The position numbers were made by a program, and so were the translations under genes. The notes under the pieces were generated by a model. It was given only the letters and a program-made list of their open reading frames with translations. It was not told where the DNA came from and ran no database searches. 64,000 nucleotides of DNA from Cyanobacteria bacterium P01_D01_bin.156 (GTDB lineage: Bacteria > Cyanobacteriota > Cyanobacteriia > Phormidesmidales > Phormidesmidaceae), in the NCBI GenBank assembly GCA_039024555.1, contig JBCCQQ010000011.1, positions 1-64,000 of the forward strand, read 5' to 3'. This document shows, piece by piece, positions 49,565 through 60,800 of this stretch; positions within the stretch are counted from its first letter, which is position 1; each line of letters begins with the position of its first letter.

Positions 49565-50755
49565 TCAACAAACCAATGGTAACTCTTCTTTACATAAGGG
49601 TCTTACAGTTTGTTCCTGCGCAGTACATGGATAAAATTTTGATAAGAAATCAACTACGGCATTAGCCCTTAAAGGACGAGAGAAATAGTAGCCCTGCATA
49701 TACTGAAAGCCGATTTCTTTCAGCATATCAACATCTTCCCGAGACTCAATCCCTTCAACAATCACACTTAGACTTAGCTTTTCCGCTAAAGCATAGATAA
49801 TCTCACAAATATCCCAATTTTGATTCACGACAAATGAACGATCCACTTTTAGGGCATTGAGTGGCAGGGATTTTAATCGTGAAAGAGCTGAGTAACCAGT
49901 TCCAAAATCATCTAAATGAAGTCTAATTCCAAGATCTCTGAGCTTTTGCAGTACCAATGTCACTATGTGGCTATTTTCAACCAAGGCACTTTCCGTAATT
50001 TCCAGTTTGAGATGACTGGGATCCACATTACTGGATTGAAGCACTTGCTCAACATGATCGGCTAATGCCAGCTGACCAAGCTGTAAAGGAGATAAGTTCA
50101 CACTCATCGTCAAAGGTTGAGCCTGGGGAAACGCACGTTGCCATTGACTTAACTGATTACAGGCCTTAGTAATCAAGTCTTTTCCCATTTGATGAATCAA
50201 ACCATCTTCTTCTGCAAGCGGAATAAAGACAGTCGGCGAAATTTCTCCATAGGTGGGATGATCCCAACGGGCTAAAGCTTCGAAACCATATACGATTGAC
50301 GTTCTATTACAAACAATGGGTTGATAAACCAGGTATATTTCTTTTTGCTCGATAGCTATAGGCAAATCTTGCTTTAACTTGAACAAACGCACTTGTTCTG
50401 GGGAAAGTAAAGCCGACAAAGCCGATGGTTGAGCCTCAACAGCATTAGCTAAACGGATCAACCGATCTAAATCCATCATAGCGGCCATGAGCAGATGATT
50501 ACCTTCGCCAGAGAGCTTCCCAAATCGTCCAGAACTCAATCTTTGAACTACACCTTGTAAGCTACTCAGGGGATGCTTAAGTTCATGCTGCACTAAGGCA
50601 GACAAATCACCAAGATAATTACTAGAAGACAACGTAGTTAGAGATTTCATAGTCTGACCCGATGTGGACGGCGTTGATAGAGCCGCTTTCTTTCTATGGC
50701 CGATACCATTGGTGGTGGTAACTGTTCCTTTTTCTGGCTTCGGCACATTATTCAT
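49565..50755 (-). CDS. HisKA-like hairpin fused to an EAL phosphodiesterase
   Basis: VQHELKHPLSSLQG H-box then FEALARW, EITES, DDFGTGYS, LKVDRSFV; no HATPase or GGDEF. Confidence 0.85.
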   Translation of the reverse strand: MNNVPKPEKGTVTTTNGIGHRKKAALSTPSTSGQTMKSLTTLSSSNYLGDLSALVQHELKHPLSSLQGVVQRLSSGRFGKLSGEGNHLLMAAMMDLDRLIRLANAVEAQPSALSALLSPEQVRLFKLKQDLPIAIEQKEIYLVYQPIVCNRTSIVYGFEALARWDHPTYGEISPTVFIPLAEEDGLIHQMGKDLITKACNQLSQWQRAFPQAQPLTMSVNLSPLQLGQLALADHVEQVLQSSNVDPSHLKLEITESALVENSHIVTLVLQKLRDLGIRLHLDDFGTGYSALSRLKSLPLNALKVDRSFVVNQNWDICEIIYALAEKLSLSVIVEGIESREDVDMLKEIGFQYMQGYYFSRPLRANAVVDFLSKFYPCTAQEQTVRPLCKEELPLVC

Positions 50756-51857
50756 AAGTTATCGCTATTAACACCTTGATAACCTGAAGTAAAAAATACT
50801 TCCATAATACTTTTACAATCTTTTTATCACCTTTGAAAAAGAGAACCAATTACGTAATATCACTCAGATATTTTGTTAGAGTCTTTCTTGATATAACCTG
50901 AAAATTACGTACAAATAGACCCCTTTAACTCAAAACATATAACAACAGAATGCAGTAATCACTAATACACGTATTTTTCAAAGCAGAGCGTAGCAGATAA
51001 AAAATACAGCACACTCTAGAATTCCCAAGAAAAAGGCTTACTAAAACTGCTGAATGAGCACCTAAACTTCTCAATATCCCTTAGGCAGTTTAGTTTAAAT
51101 TTGAATATTATTATGCATAGTTTTAGCCAATCTACTTATTTAAAGTAAGCGCTCAGCCACCTATTAATAAATATCCTGAAATTTCACTTAGGTTTAAGCC
51201 ATAACATTTAGCAACTAAGCTGATTAGCTGACTTAGCTCAATGACACCACAATGGCTTGAAGTAAGCTATAGCAAGGTCTAACAGCCCTTTTAAGTATTG
51301 ATTTAGAAAGATATATTCTCAATAAGTATTTTTAACAATTCAAATAAAAGCACTCTTACTTATTTTCACTTTTGCTTACAACAATAATGTCTTGAATGCA
51401 ATAGTTCACTAAGCACTTTGCTGTAGTAACATTACTATACAGAAAAATATACAAAACACGTCAATATGCTGAACAGCATGCAAAAAATGCATGTCAATTA
51501 ATTATTTATTTATTTTTAATACGATCTTGAGCACTAAGGTTTGAAACGGCAACTATTTCACTTAAGTGAAGAGAGTTAAAGTAGCCACTGATTATGTTTA
51601 AACGGTATTCCATATTTATCTTCGCTATGGAATTCAATTGTTTAAAGAGAATAATTAAATTAGTATTAAATATTGTTTATTTGTGCAGAAATATCAAAGC
51701 ATTAGTCACACAACAACAGCTGATTTAAGCAATTTGGAAAATTTAGTAGTGTAAGATACAAAATCTATCATCTACTTCTTTAGGGGGGAAGTGACACCGT
51801 TACTGACTTAAGGGTGCATCTAAATAATATCTATTGGTTATTTGATCAGCTAGCTAA

Positions 51858-51954
51858 GGGCTTGTTAAAAATTAGAACCATGACCTTGTGCATTTAAATC
51901 ATGGCTTAACAAGCTTTTCAGGCTTAAATCGTGAAGTCGTTTCTTAACAGCTTC
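51858..51954 (+). mobile_element. 97-bp MITE-like element, copy 2
   Basis: Homologous to 18217-18313; GGGCTTGTTAA...TTAACAGCTTC; TAA on both sides (possible 3-bp target duplication). Confidence 0.8.
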
Positions 51955-52078
51955 TAAGCATTTCAGAAGAAATTTGCCGTTGCTGATTATGCATATGAAA
52001 TGCTCCATAAAACAAAGTATGTGTCAGCATCGTTTGCAAAAAAGCATACCGGGGGTCAGCAATGCCCAAAAATCTCTA

Positions 52079-52375
52079 CTACTCATCAAACTGCTCTAGA
52101 ACCTCTGGTTGCAGAGTCAGTAGAGGGTGTATTGATTCATCATCATCACCAGCTGATAGCTGGTGAATAGCTTGCTCAAACTGGGCTTTACCTTCTTCAA
52201 AGAATCGCCGAGCATTATTTGAATAGAGTAGAGCAGATGTGACGTTAGCTGGTAGTTGAACAGTTTGGATGGGTTCAGTTATAACTGTTTGGGCCTGAGC
52301 CCATGAAGCGGCATTTAAGGTAACCAGCATGCCCACTACTGCGAAGTTTACGGTACGTAAATTAAAGAACATCAC
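52079..52375 (-). CDS. Small secreted hypothetical protein (98 aa)
   Basis: AAGGA RBS; signal peptide ending AQA; NNARRFFEEGKAQFEQAI. Confidence 0.7.
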   Translation of the reverse strand: MMFFNLRTVNFAVVGMLVTLNAASWAQAQTVITEPIQTVQLPANVTSALLYSNNARRFFEEGKAQFEQAIHQLSAGDDDESIHPLLTLQPEVLEQFDE

Positions 52376-52806
52376 ATTTTCCTTTTCCGAAATTGCATTA
52401 GTAATTGTTCTAGTAGTCCATACCTATCATAACAATTGCCATGGGCCGACTTCCCAAGTTTTAATCGTACTTACTGCGCCTACTTACAAAACTGAAGTAG
52501 GTGCTACTAGGGTGATGGGATTATCCACGCTATCTTCAATCACCTGTCGCAGATTAGCCTGGTTTTCTATTGTTTTTCGAGAAGAAGTTCTGACAAGTTT
52601 CCCCTCTCACGAGTCTCAGAAGAATCCAGGTGACCAACAAAAGCATCTAAAATCTCCATTATTCAAAGCAGTAACAACCATCAACAAGCTCCTTAATAGA
52701 CTACGTTTAAGCTGCTGAATTAAGCATTTAGGCGTCAGAGGCTAAGGTGCTCAAGGAATAGGGACTTTTATCTCAAAAATGTACGGCTTTGCAAAAGTTT
52801 CTTCAT

Positions 52807-53151
52807 CTATTGGACCTGACCTTTCATTTTTTCCAAATGTTGTAAGCCCCAGGTTCGAAGAGCACAAATTATAGGTTCTAAGGTCTTTCCGTACTCTGTT
52901 ATCGAATATTCGACCTTGGGTGGAACTTCAGCATAAACTTTCCTCGAAATCAGGTTCTCAGCTTCTAGTTCACGCAGTTGTTTTGTCAGCATCCGCTGGG
53001 TGATGTCCGGCATTAACCGACGCAGCTCATTAAAACGACTGGTCTCCGATAGTAGGTGGTATAAGATAACACCTTTCCACTTACCACCAATCACATGTAA
53101 AGTTGCCTCTACAGGACAACCTTGGGCGCAGTCATATCTAGTATGAGCCAT
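52807..53151 (-). CDS. HxlR-family winged-helix regulator
   Basis: CPVEATLHVIGGKWK, RFNELRR, MLTKQLRELE, VPPKVEYS. Confidence 0.95.
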   Translation of the reverse strand: MAHTRYDCAQGCPVEATLHVIGGKWKGVILYHLLSETSRFNELRRLMPDITQRMLTKQLRELEAENLISRKVYAEVPPKVEYSITEYGKTLEPIICALRTWGLQHLEKMKGQVQ

Positions 53152-53164
53152 TAGTAGAATCCAA

Positions 53165-53210
53165 TAGTATACAAAAGGGTACTACGTATCAAAAAAGTGC
53201 GTACTTACCT
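53165..53210. promoter_or_regulatory. Probable HxlR-family operator in a divergent promoter
   Basis: GTATACAAAAGGGTAC TAC GTATCAAAAAAGTGCGTACTT: repeated imperfect palindromes between the regulator and its divergent targets. Confidence 0.5.
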
Positions 53211-53261
53211 AAGGTGTTTGCATAGTTTATGCTCGTTATGCCCTGACAGCAACACAGTGAA

Positions 53262-53555
53262 ATGAGCACACCACTAACCATCGTGGCGAAAATCGAAGCA
53301 AAAACCGGCAAGGTTGAATTTGTTAAAGCTGAACTCCTCAAGCTGATTCCCATTACGCTTAAAGAAGCTGGCTGTATTCAATATGATTTGCACCAGGACA
53401 ATGATAATCCAGCGATCTTTTTGTTTTATGAAATCTGGGAAAGTCGTGAGCTTTGGCAACAGCATATGAACAACACTCACCTGGTCGAGTATATGAAGGC
53501 AACAGAAAATGCGGTTGCAGCCTTTACCTTAAACGAGATGACAAAGACCCCATAG
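53262..53555 (+). CDS. ABM-family (putative quinol) monooxygenase
   Basis: EAGCIQYDLHQD, FLFYEIWES..WQQH. Confidence 0.9.
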   Translation: MSTPLTIVAKIEAKTGKVEFVKAELLKLIPITLKEAGCIQYDLHQDNDNPAIFLFYEIWESRELWQQHMNNTHLVEYMKATENAVAAFTLNEMTKTP

Positions 53556-53604
53556 CTCTAGATAAACTCTGTGAATTGTAATTGTCTGCACCTGGAGATT
53601 AACT

Positions 53605-54615
53605 ATGAAGGCCATTGCCTACAAAACCGCTGGTCCCATTGACCGTGACGATGCCCTACTGGACATTACCCTGGATATGCCCACAGCCCAAGGCAAAGAT
53701 TTACTCGTTAGGGTAAATGCGGTGTCAGTTAATCCAGTGGACACCAAAGTGCGTAGGCAGATGAAGCCCGAGGGTGAATGGCGGGTTCTAGGATTTGATG
53801 CTAGCGGCATTGTTGAAGCCGTGGGACCTGATGTGGAGAATTTCCAACCCGGTGATGCAGTCTTCTATGCGGGATCTTTGGTACGTCCTGGCACCAACAG
53901 TGAATACCATCTGGTGGATGAACGCATTGTTGGCCGCAAACCCAGCAGCCTAAGTGATGCAGCCGCAGCCGCCCTACCGCTAACGTCAATCACTGCGTGG
54001 GAAATGTTATTTGACCGTCTAGAGGTCAATCGCCCCACCCCTCAAGGCGGCGACGTTATTCTGATCATCGGTGGTGCTGGCGGTGTGGGTTCTATTACCA
54101 TTCAGCTGCTAAAGGCATTGACAGACCTGACCATTGTTGCCACCGCTTCACGGCCTGAAACCCAAGATTGGGTAAAGGAATGCGGCGCTCACCACGTGAT
54201 TAACCATCGCCAGCCCATGGCTCCCCAAATTAAAGAGCTGGGTCTGGACGCACCTGGCTTTGTGTTTTCCACTACCCATACCGACAAACATTTAGCCGAT
54301 ATCGTTAAGCTGATTGCTCCCCAGGGACGTTTTGGTCTAATTGATGACCCAGAAACCCTGGATGCCAAAGTTCTAAAAACCAAAGCCATATCGCTGCACT
54401 GGGAACTGATGTTTACGCGATCGCTATTTGATACGCCCGATATTGCAGAACAGGGCAAGCTGCTCAACGAAGTAGCTGATTTAGTAGATGCCGGACGTAT
54501 CCGTTCCACGGTTACTGAGGTAGCCGGTAAAATTGACGCAGCCACTTTGCGCAGTGCCCATGCCCAAATTGAAAGCGGTACGGCACGGGGCAAAATTGTG
54601 CTGGCAGGGTTTTAA
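53605..54615 (+). CDS. MDR-family quinone oxidoreductase-like (zinc-binding ADH family) protein
   Basis: VSVNPVDTK, LGFDASG, AAALPLTSITAWE, GGAGGVGS, WELMFTR, GKIVL. Confidence 0.93.
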   Translation: MKAIAYKTAGPIDRDDALLDITLDMPTAQGKDLLVRVNAVSVNPVDTKVRRQMKPEGEWRVLGFDASGIVEAVGPDVENFQPGDAVFYAGSLVRPGTNSEYHLVDERIVGRKPSSLSDAAAAALPLTSITAWEMLFDRLEVNRPTPQGGDVILIIGGAGGVGSITIQLLKALTDLTIVATASRPETQDWVKECGAHHVINHRQPMAPQIKELGLDAPGFVFSTTHTDKHLADIVKLIAPQGRFGLIDDPETLDAKVLKTKAISLHWELMFTRSLFDTPDIAEQGKLLNEVADLVDAGRIRSTVTEVAGKIDAATLRSAHAQIESGTARGKIVLAGF

Positions 54616-54720
54616 GGTGTGGCGGAAAAATGTTTCACAGTTGCTCAAGCTCAAACGCTGTGGAGCGCTAGCGACCATAGCATCTGGTGACAGACCGACG
54701 CGGTTCATTCACCGGCTGCA

Positions 54721-57156
54721 CTAGGCAAAATTTACCGGCTCAGCATTTTGCACTAGATAATTTTCGGCTTTTGCAGCTGGTAGGGGTTTAGAAAATAGAT
54801 ATCCTTGGCTCGCATCACAGCCGAGCATTTGTAACTCGGTTAATTGGTCGAGAGTTTCCACCCCCTCTGCAATGGTTTTAAACCCTAATGCTTTGGCTAG
54901 ATTCACAATCGCACTCGTAATTCTAAAATTGCGATCGCTACTATTTAGCTTATTTACAAAAGAACGATCAATTTTGATGGTACTTATGGGAAATTGCTGC
55001 AAATATCGTAACGATGAAAACCCAGTCCCAAAGTCATCAAGACTAAGCTCAATCCCTCGACTGCGAATCAAGTCCATAATCTCGGTAGCCGCTTGAATAT
55101 TATGGATAAGACTACTTTCAGTGATCTCTAATTTAAGACATTGTGGATCTAATTGAGTCTCCATCAGAATAGTATCAAGGGTATCAATCAGAGAAGGATC
55201 TCGAAACTGCTGTCCAGACAAATTCACACTGAGGTATAAATCTGTTGAGGCTTTACCTTCGACCTGCCAAGTTTTGAACTGTTGGCAAGCATTACGTAAA
55301 ACCCAAGTACCAATAAAATGAATCTGTCCTGTTTCTTCAGCAATGGGAATAAATTCAGAGGCTGGTATCATGCCCTTTTCTGGCTGATACCAGCCCAGTA
55401 AGACCTCAAAACCTTCAAGCTGATGGGAGTTGTCTAAGTTAACAAGGGGTTGGTAGTACAGGCAAAACTCTTGCTTATCAATCGCTTTACGTAAAGCCGT
55501 TTCGGTTTCTACTAAATGTAGCGTTTGCAAATACATGGTCTGATCAAACACAACATAGCTGGCTTTTCCCTGACTTTTGGCCTGATACATAGCAATGTCA
55601 GCATCACGGATAATTTCATCCACTGATTGATACGATAAATTGGAAAAAACAACACCGATACTGGCACTGGTAAAAATCTCCCGAGCCTCTAAGTGAAACG
55701 GTTTTTGTAACTCATTTTGCAAGCGATACACCGTCTTTAGAGCATCTAAATGATGCTCTAGATTCTCTAATAGAATCAGAAACTCATCCCCCCCCAAGCG
55801 GGCTACGCTATCGACGCCTCTAACCATCGCCTTCAGCCTTTGGGAGACCTGAACCAGAAGCTGATCGCCCACCAAGTGCCCAAGACTGTCATTGATATGT
55901 TTAAAGTTATCGAGATCTACAAACAGAACAGCAAAATGTTTATGGGAATGCCGTTTCAGATGCTTGATTGCCAGTCCCAATCGATTTAGACAACAGACTC
56001 GGTTATCCAGACCTGTCAGGCTATCGTGTAGTGTTTCGTAGGTTAAACGAGCTTCAGAAGCCTTTTGCTGAGAAATATCACGCCCACTGCCATACAGTAA
56101 ATTCTCTTGGGGAAATGGCACTAAATTCCATGCTATCCAATGATAATATCCGTCTGTTGAACGCACTTTGCATTCCAGAGCGTTAATTTCTTGTCCTTGG
56201 GCTAGGGTGTCTTGCAACCTGCGTTTACTATTCTGATCATCTGAAAGCATTAATTGCCAGAAGGACTGGCCTAACAGATCATCAGCCGCATACCCCAATG
56301 TGGTAGCCCAAGAAGGATTGATGCGCCTAAATATACCGTCCGCATCTGCAATAAATAACAAATCAATAGCGATGTTAAAAAAACGATCACGCTCTAGTTC
56401 GGCTTGCTTACGTTCGGTGATATCATGAATCATCCCAAATCGTAAGGTTTGTTGTTGCGCTTTTACCCACGACTCAGATAACAATACCGTTCGATCGAGT
56501 CCTATGGAAGACTTTAGGGAAAGTTCAGTTTGGAATATTGTGGACTTTTGCGTTTGACGCTTTCGGTTTCCCTGAGATAATATTTTTTGTAGTATTGGAT
56601 ACTGGGATAATTCTGCCCCATGTCCCAGTGTAGTTTTAGGAGAAAAAGTACAGAGCTGTCTGAGAGATTGATTTAAAAATAGCAACTCTCCTTCTTCGGT
56701 GGTCATGTACACACCATCATGAATACTCTGTAGCACATGGGTCAATAAACATATTTCAGCCGCTGCTTGAGTTCGTTCTATCGCATGTAGAATCGAACGT
56801 TCCAGCAGTGGCCCCGTCAACAGATCCCCTTTAACTAAATAATCTGAAGCCCCCATAGCCATACATTGACGATCAATGTCATAGTTACCCAACCCTGTCA
56901 ACAGGATTATCGGCTTACGTAGACCAGACTCTACAGCAGTTTGCAACAGCTTTAACCCCGTTTCTGCCCCCAAGCGATAGTCTAATAAGTAAACATCATG
57001 AAAATCCTTATGCAGTGCTTCAAGTCCGGCCTGAAACGTGCTTACCCAGGTTAACTCAAAGGATGCTTGCTCCGATTCTTGTAACAAGTCTCGGGTAACA
57101 ATGTAATCATCTTCATCATCGTCGATTAGTAAGACTCGGTAAGCTAAATCACTCAT
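54721..57156 (-). CDS. REC-PAS-PAS-GGDEF-EAL protein
   Basis: LLIDDDEDD, LLDYRL, PAS motifs, RLGGDEF, FEVLLGW, DDFGTGFSS; likely start ATG 57156. Confidence 0.92.
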   Translation of the reverse strand: MSDLAYRVLLIDDDEDDYIVTRDLLQESEQASFELTWVSTFQAGLEALHKDFHDVYLLDYRLGAETGLKLLQTAVESGLRKPIILLTGLGNYDIDRQCMAMGASDYLVKGDLLTGPLLERSILHAIERTQAAAEICLLTHVLQSIHDGVYMTTEEGELLFLNQSLRQLCTFSPKTTLGHGAELSQYPILQKILSQGNRKRQTQKSTIFQTELSLKSSIGLDRTVLLSESWVKAQQQTLRFGMIHDITERKQAELERDRFFNIAIDLLFIADADGIFRRINPSWATTLGYAADDLLGQSFWQLMLSDDQNSKRRLQDTLAQGQEINALECKVRSTDGYYHWIAWNLVPFPQENLLYGSGRDISQQKASEARLTYETLHDSLTGLDNRVCCLNRLGLAIKHLKRHSHKHFAVLFVDLDNFKHINDSLGHLVGDQLLVQVSQRLKAMVRGVDSVARLGGDEFLILLENLEHHLDALKTVYRLQNELQKPFHLEAREIFTSASIGVVFSNLSYQSVDEIIRDADIAMYQAKSQGKASYVVFDQTMYLQTLHLVETETALRKAIDKQEFCLYYQPLVNLDNSHQLEGFEVLLGWYQPEKGMIPASEFIPIAEETGQIHFIGTWVLRNACQQFKTWQVEGKASTDLYLSVNLSGQQFRDPSLIDTLDTILMETQLDPQCLKLEITESSLIHNIQAATEIMDLIRSRGIELSLDDFGTGFSSLRYLQQFPISTIKIDRSFVNKLNSSDRNFRITSAIVNLAKALGFKTIAEGVETLDQLTELQMLGCDASQGYLFSKPLPAAKAENYLVQNAEPVNFA

Positions 57157-57344
57157 TGTTACGACTTCCCTAATATCTATGACGATAAGCACTGCGTCTT
57201 TAAGATGGGCATCTCTACCAGGAAAACTTTTAATACTTTAGACCTTTAAAGAGCTCTGGAAAGTCGTAAAGTTTTAACGTATGGGAGATTAAATTAGCCT
57301 TGACATATTATTCAAAGAGTTGCTCTAAGTAGTCCTTAAAACCT

Positions 57345-57809
57345 CTAAGCTGAGCTGACCTCATCTGGTAAATGTACAAGTTGAAACCAGTATGTGCCAA
57401 GAATTTTTACAATATCAACCATGGATTGAAAGTTTACAGGTTTAGTAATAAATGAACTAGCACCTAAATCATAGGTTTTCAGAATATCTTCTTCGGCTTT
57501 GGAGGTGGTTAATACTACAACTGGGATGCTACGTAACTCAGGATTATTTTTAATCTCTTCTAGAGCTTCACGACCATCTTTTCGAGGCATATTAAGATCC
57601 AATAAAATTATCGAAGGGCGAGGGGCAATGCCAGGTTCACTATAATTTCCCCGTCGATATAGATAATCCATAAGGTCTTCTCCATCTTCAACGAAGTACA
57701 GTTCGTTGACAAGTCGATTTTCGGCTAAAGCCTCCCGAGTAAGAAGGCGATCGTCTTCATCATCATCAGCCATTAGAATAATGACAGGTTTACTCCGTTG
57801 TTGAGACAT
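57345..57809 (-). CDS. Single-domain response regulator (Rcp1-like)
   Basis: ILMADDDEDD, PSIILLDLNMP, VVLTTS, FITKP, YWF; start ATG 57809 overlaps the kinase 3' end. Confidence 0.92.
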   Translation of the reverse strand: MSQQRSKPVIILMADDDEDDRLLTREALAENRLVNELYFVEDGEDLMDYLYRRGNYSEPGIAPRPSIILLDLNMPRKDGREALEEIKNNPELRSIPVVVLTTSKAEEDILKTYDLGASSFITKPVNFQSMVDIVKILGTYWFQLVHLPDEVSSA

Positions 57810-60800
57810 TCTCTTCTCCTTGAAAATGATGAACTGGGAGGGTAGCAATAAAAATTGATCCCTCTCCAGGCTGGCTTTCTGCTCGGAGCGTGCCCCCGTG
57901 GCGACGAATCACCTTACGACAAATTGCTAAACCAATACCGCTGCCTTCATAGACTTTCCGCCCATGGAGGCGCTGAAATGGTTGAAAAATGCGATCGCAA
58001 TACTTAACATCAAAACCTATACCATTATCGATTACCCTCAATTCACAAACCTCCTTTTCTCCTACAAGTGAATGTAATACCCTCACCTGAATCTCGGGTA
58101 TTACATCAGGTTTATGAAACTTGAGGGCATTACTCAGAAGATTTTGAAAAACCTGTTGCATTTGCGTACGGTCAGCATCGATCGTCGGTAGCGGATCTAC
58201 ATCTACGGTAGCTCTAGTTTGCTCAATACGAACCTCTAAATCTGATAAAACCCCCGCCATAACTTGTGCTAAGTCCGTAGGAGTAAAGGGTTTAGCTTGC
58301 GTTGTCACTCGCGAAAAACTCAGCAAATCATTAATAAGTGTCTGAGCACGTACTGCCGCATTTAGCATTCGGGCTAAATAGTCTTGCCCCCTTTCAGACA
58401 GTCCATCTTGGCAGGTATGGCTTAACCGATCGCCAAAGGCTTGCACTTTTCGTAAGGGTTCCTGAAGATCGTGGGACGCCACATAGGCAAAGTCCTGAAG
58501 TTCCTGATTACTTTCCTCTAATCGTTCGGTAGTATGCTGCAGAGTCTTAATTACTTGCTGACGCGCTATGATTTCAGTCTTAAGTTTTTGCTCTGCTACC
58601 TTACGCGCAGAAATGTCCCGCATGATTGTTGAGTCACCAATGATCTGACCAGACCGATCCCTAAGGGGAGAAATGGTGAGCGAGACGTCTAACAGTTTAC
58701 CGTTTTTATGGCGTCGCGCTGTTTCAAACTGTTCAATGCCCTTACCTTGTTTGAGCTGTTCAAAACTTTGACTAGCTTCAGCAACGTGATCCATCGGAGA
58801 AAGCATGGTCACCGGTTGCCCAATGGCCTCTAATGCCGAATACCCCAATAGTTTTTCGGCCCCCGCATTCCAGCTGGTCACAACCCCACTGAGATCTTTT
58901 GTGATAATGGCATCTTCGGTAGACTGAACCACTGCTGCCAGCAACCGGGACGTTTGTAACGCTCGATAATGCTGCACCGTGCGCCAAACCAAGTTGGCAA
59001 TTAACTGCACCGTTTCAACATCCATATCGGTGTAGTTATTGTTCTTGATGCCCACTCCTGTGAGCATCACAACTTTGCCATTTTCAATAACAGGAACACT
59101 CAAGAGACGATTAAGCTGCTCATGTTCTTTAAGTTCCCGTTCTTTAAGAAGCCCTTGGTCATGTGAAGAGGGATCACAGGGGCAATTGTAGATCACAGGC
59201 TGACGCTGATGTAGAACATCGGCCAAAATCCTCGCCTGATCAATAGAAGGTTGAGGCTTACAGACAGTATTCCCCAAGGCAGTTAATGGTCTTTGTTCCC
59301 CATTCACCAGTTCAAACGTTTCTTGATCCCCATGCACCAGATACAGAAATGTCATCTGGCTACCCGTTAGGGTCTTAGCAATGTCCTGAGCCTGCTGCAT
59401 AAATTCCTGTTCATCCAACTGCTCAGCTAACTGTGGTAGCTCTAATAAAGCCTCTGCCCGACGTGCCTGGTGGGTCAGAGCTAACTCAGCGGCATAAATT
59501 TTTGAGATATCTCGCACGCTAACTACGGCCCCGGTAATGGTTCCATCTTCTTCGCAATAGGGAACATAGGTAACATCCAGATACTCCTGTAGCTCATCGG
59601 TCAGGGAAAATAGGCTCTGATAGTTAACTTTGTCCCCGGCAAAGGTACGGTCCAAATTAGGTTTTACAGTTTGCAAAAATGCATCCTCGCCTAGAAGCTC
59701 CGCCACTGAATGACCAATAATCTCGGCTTTAGATTTACCAAACTTTCGAGCATAGGCATCATTGACCATGGAATAGATATAGTTGCAATCTATAAACGAC
59801 ATATGGTCAGGCGTGGTACAAATTGCTCTCTCATAGAGGCGCAACATCTCTTCCGTTTGCTTTCGAGCATTAATATCTTCAACAATGCCAATCAAGTAAC
59901 CTGGTTTACCACTGTGTCCGCTTACTAATGAACAGGTCAAATTAGTCCAGGTTACAGTCCCATCTTTGCGAAGATAGCGTTTTTCCATGCGGAACGTGTC
60001 AACCTGACCGGTAAGTAGCTGTTGCACATTATCCAAATCAGTCTCCAAATCCTCTGGATGCGAAATATCTTGGAACGAAAGATTTAAAAGTTCTGCTTTG
60101 GCATAACCAACAATCTCGCAAAAGCGCTGATTGACGCGCAAAAGCTTGCCAGTAAGAGAAACATGACCAATTCCTACAGCCGCTTGCTCAAAGGTATTTC
60201 GGAACAGGGCCTCTTGTTGTGCGACTTCATTTTTAGCCGCTTTCAGTCGGATTTCTGTTTGTTTACGCTCAGTAATATTAGTGAGGCATCCTATATAGCC
60301 AACCGCTTCATGGGCATGGTTGAATTCTGGGACAGCTTCCTCATATACCCAGGTTACTGGCCCCGATGGACGGCCAAACCGATATTCCAACTTAAAGGGA
60401 AGATTCTGGCTAGTAGCTTTATGCCATTCTGCCAAAATGTTGTTTCGATCCTCTGGATAAAGCCCCTGGGTCCACCCCGTCCCTAACATTTGCTCACGAG
60501 ATAACTGAGCAATACTACACAGATGTTCATTAACGTAGATACAGTTGCCATGAGTATCTGCACGAAAAATTCCTACCGGGGCAGTAGCCGCAAGGCTAGT
60601 AAAGCGTTTTTCAGTCTCTATCAACAGGTTTTCGGCGTTTTTACGAGCGGTGATGTCGTAGTTAGTTCCAATCATCCGCATGGGGGTTCCTTGGTCATCC
60701 CATTGAACTAGACCATCTGCTTTTCGATAGTGGATTGTGCCATTGGCATGAATAACTCGATATTCAATGTCATAAATAGCTTCATCACGTAAAGCACTCT

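Noticed and set aside
51422..51442. NtcA-like site TGTAGTAACATTACTATACA
   Set aside because: GTA-TAC spacing is not 8 nt, and such dyads are likely by chance in AT-rich DNA
52329..52718. 129-aa plus-strand ORF
   Set aside because: Overlaps the start of the secreted-protein gene on the opposite strand and has no recognisable features
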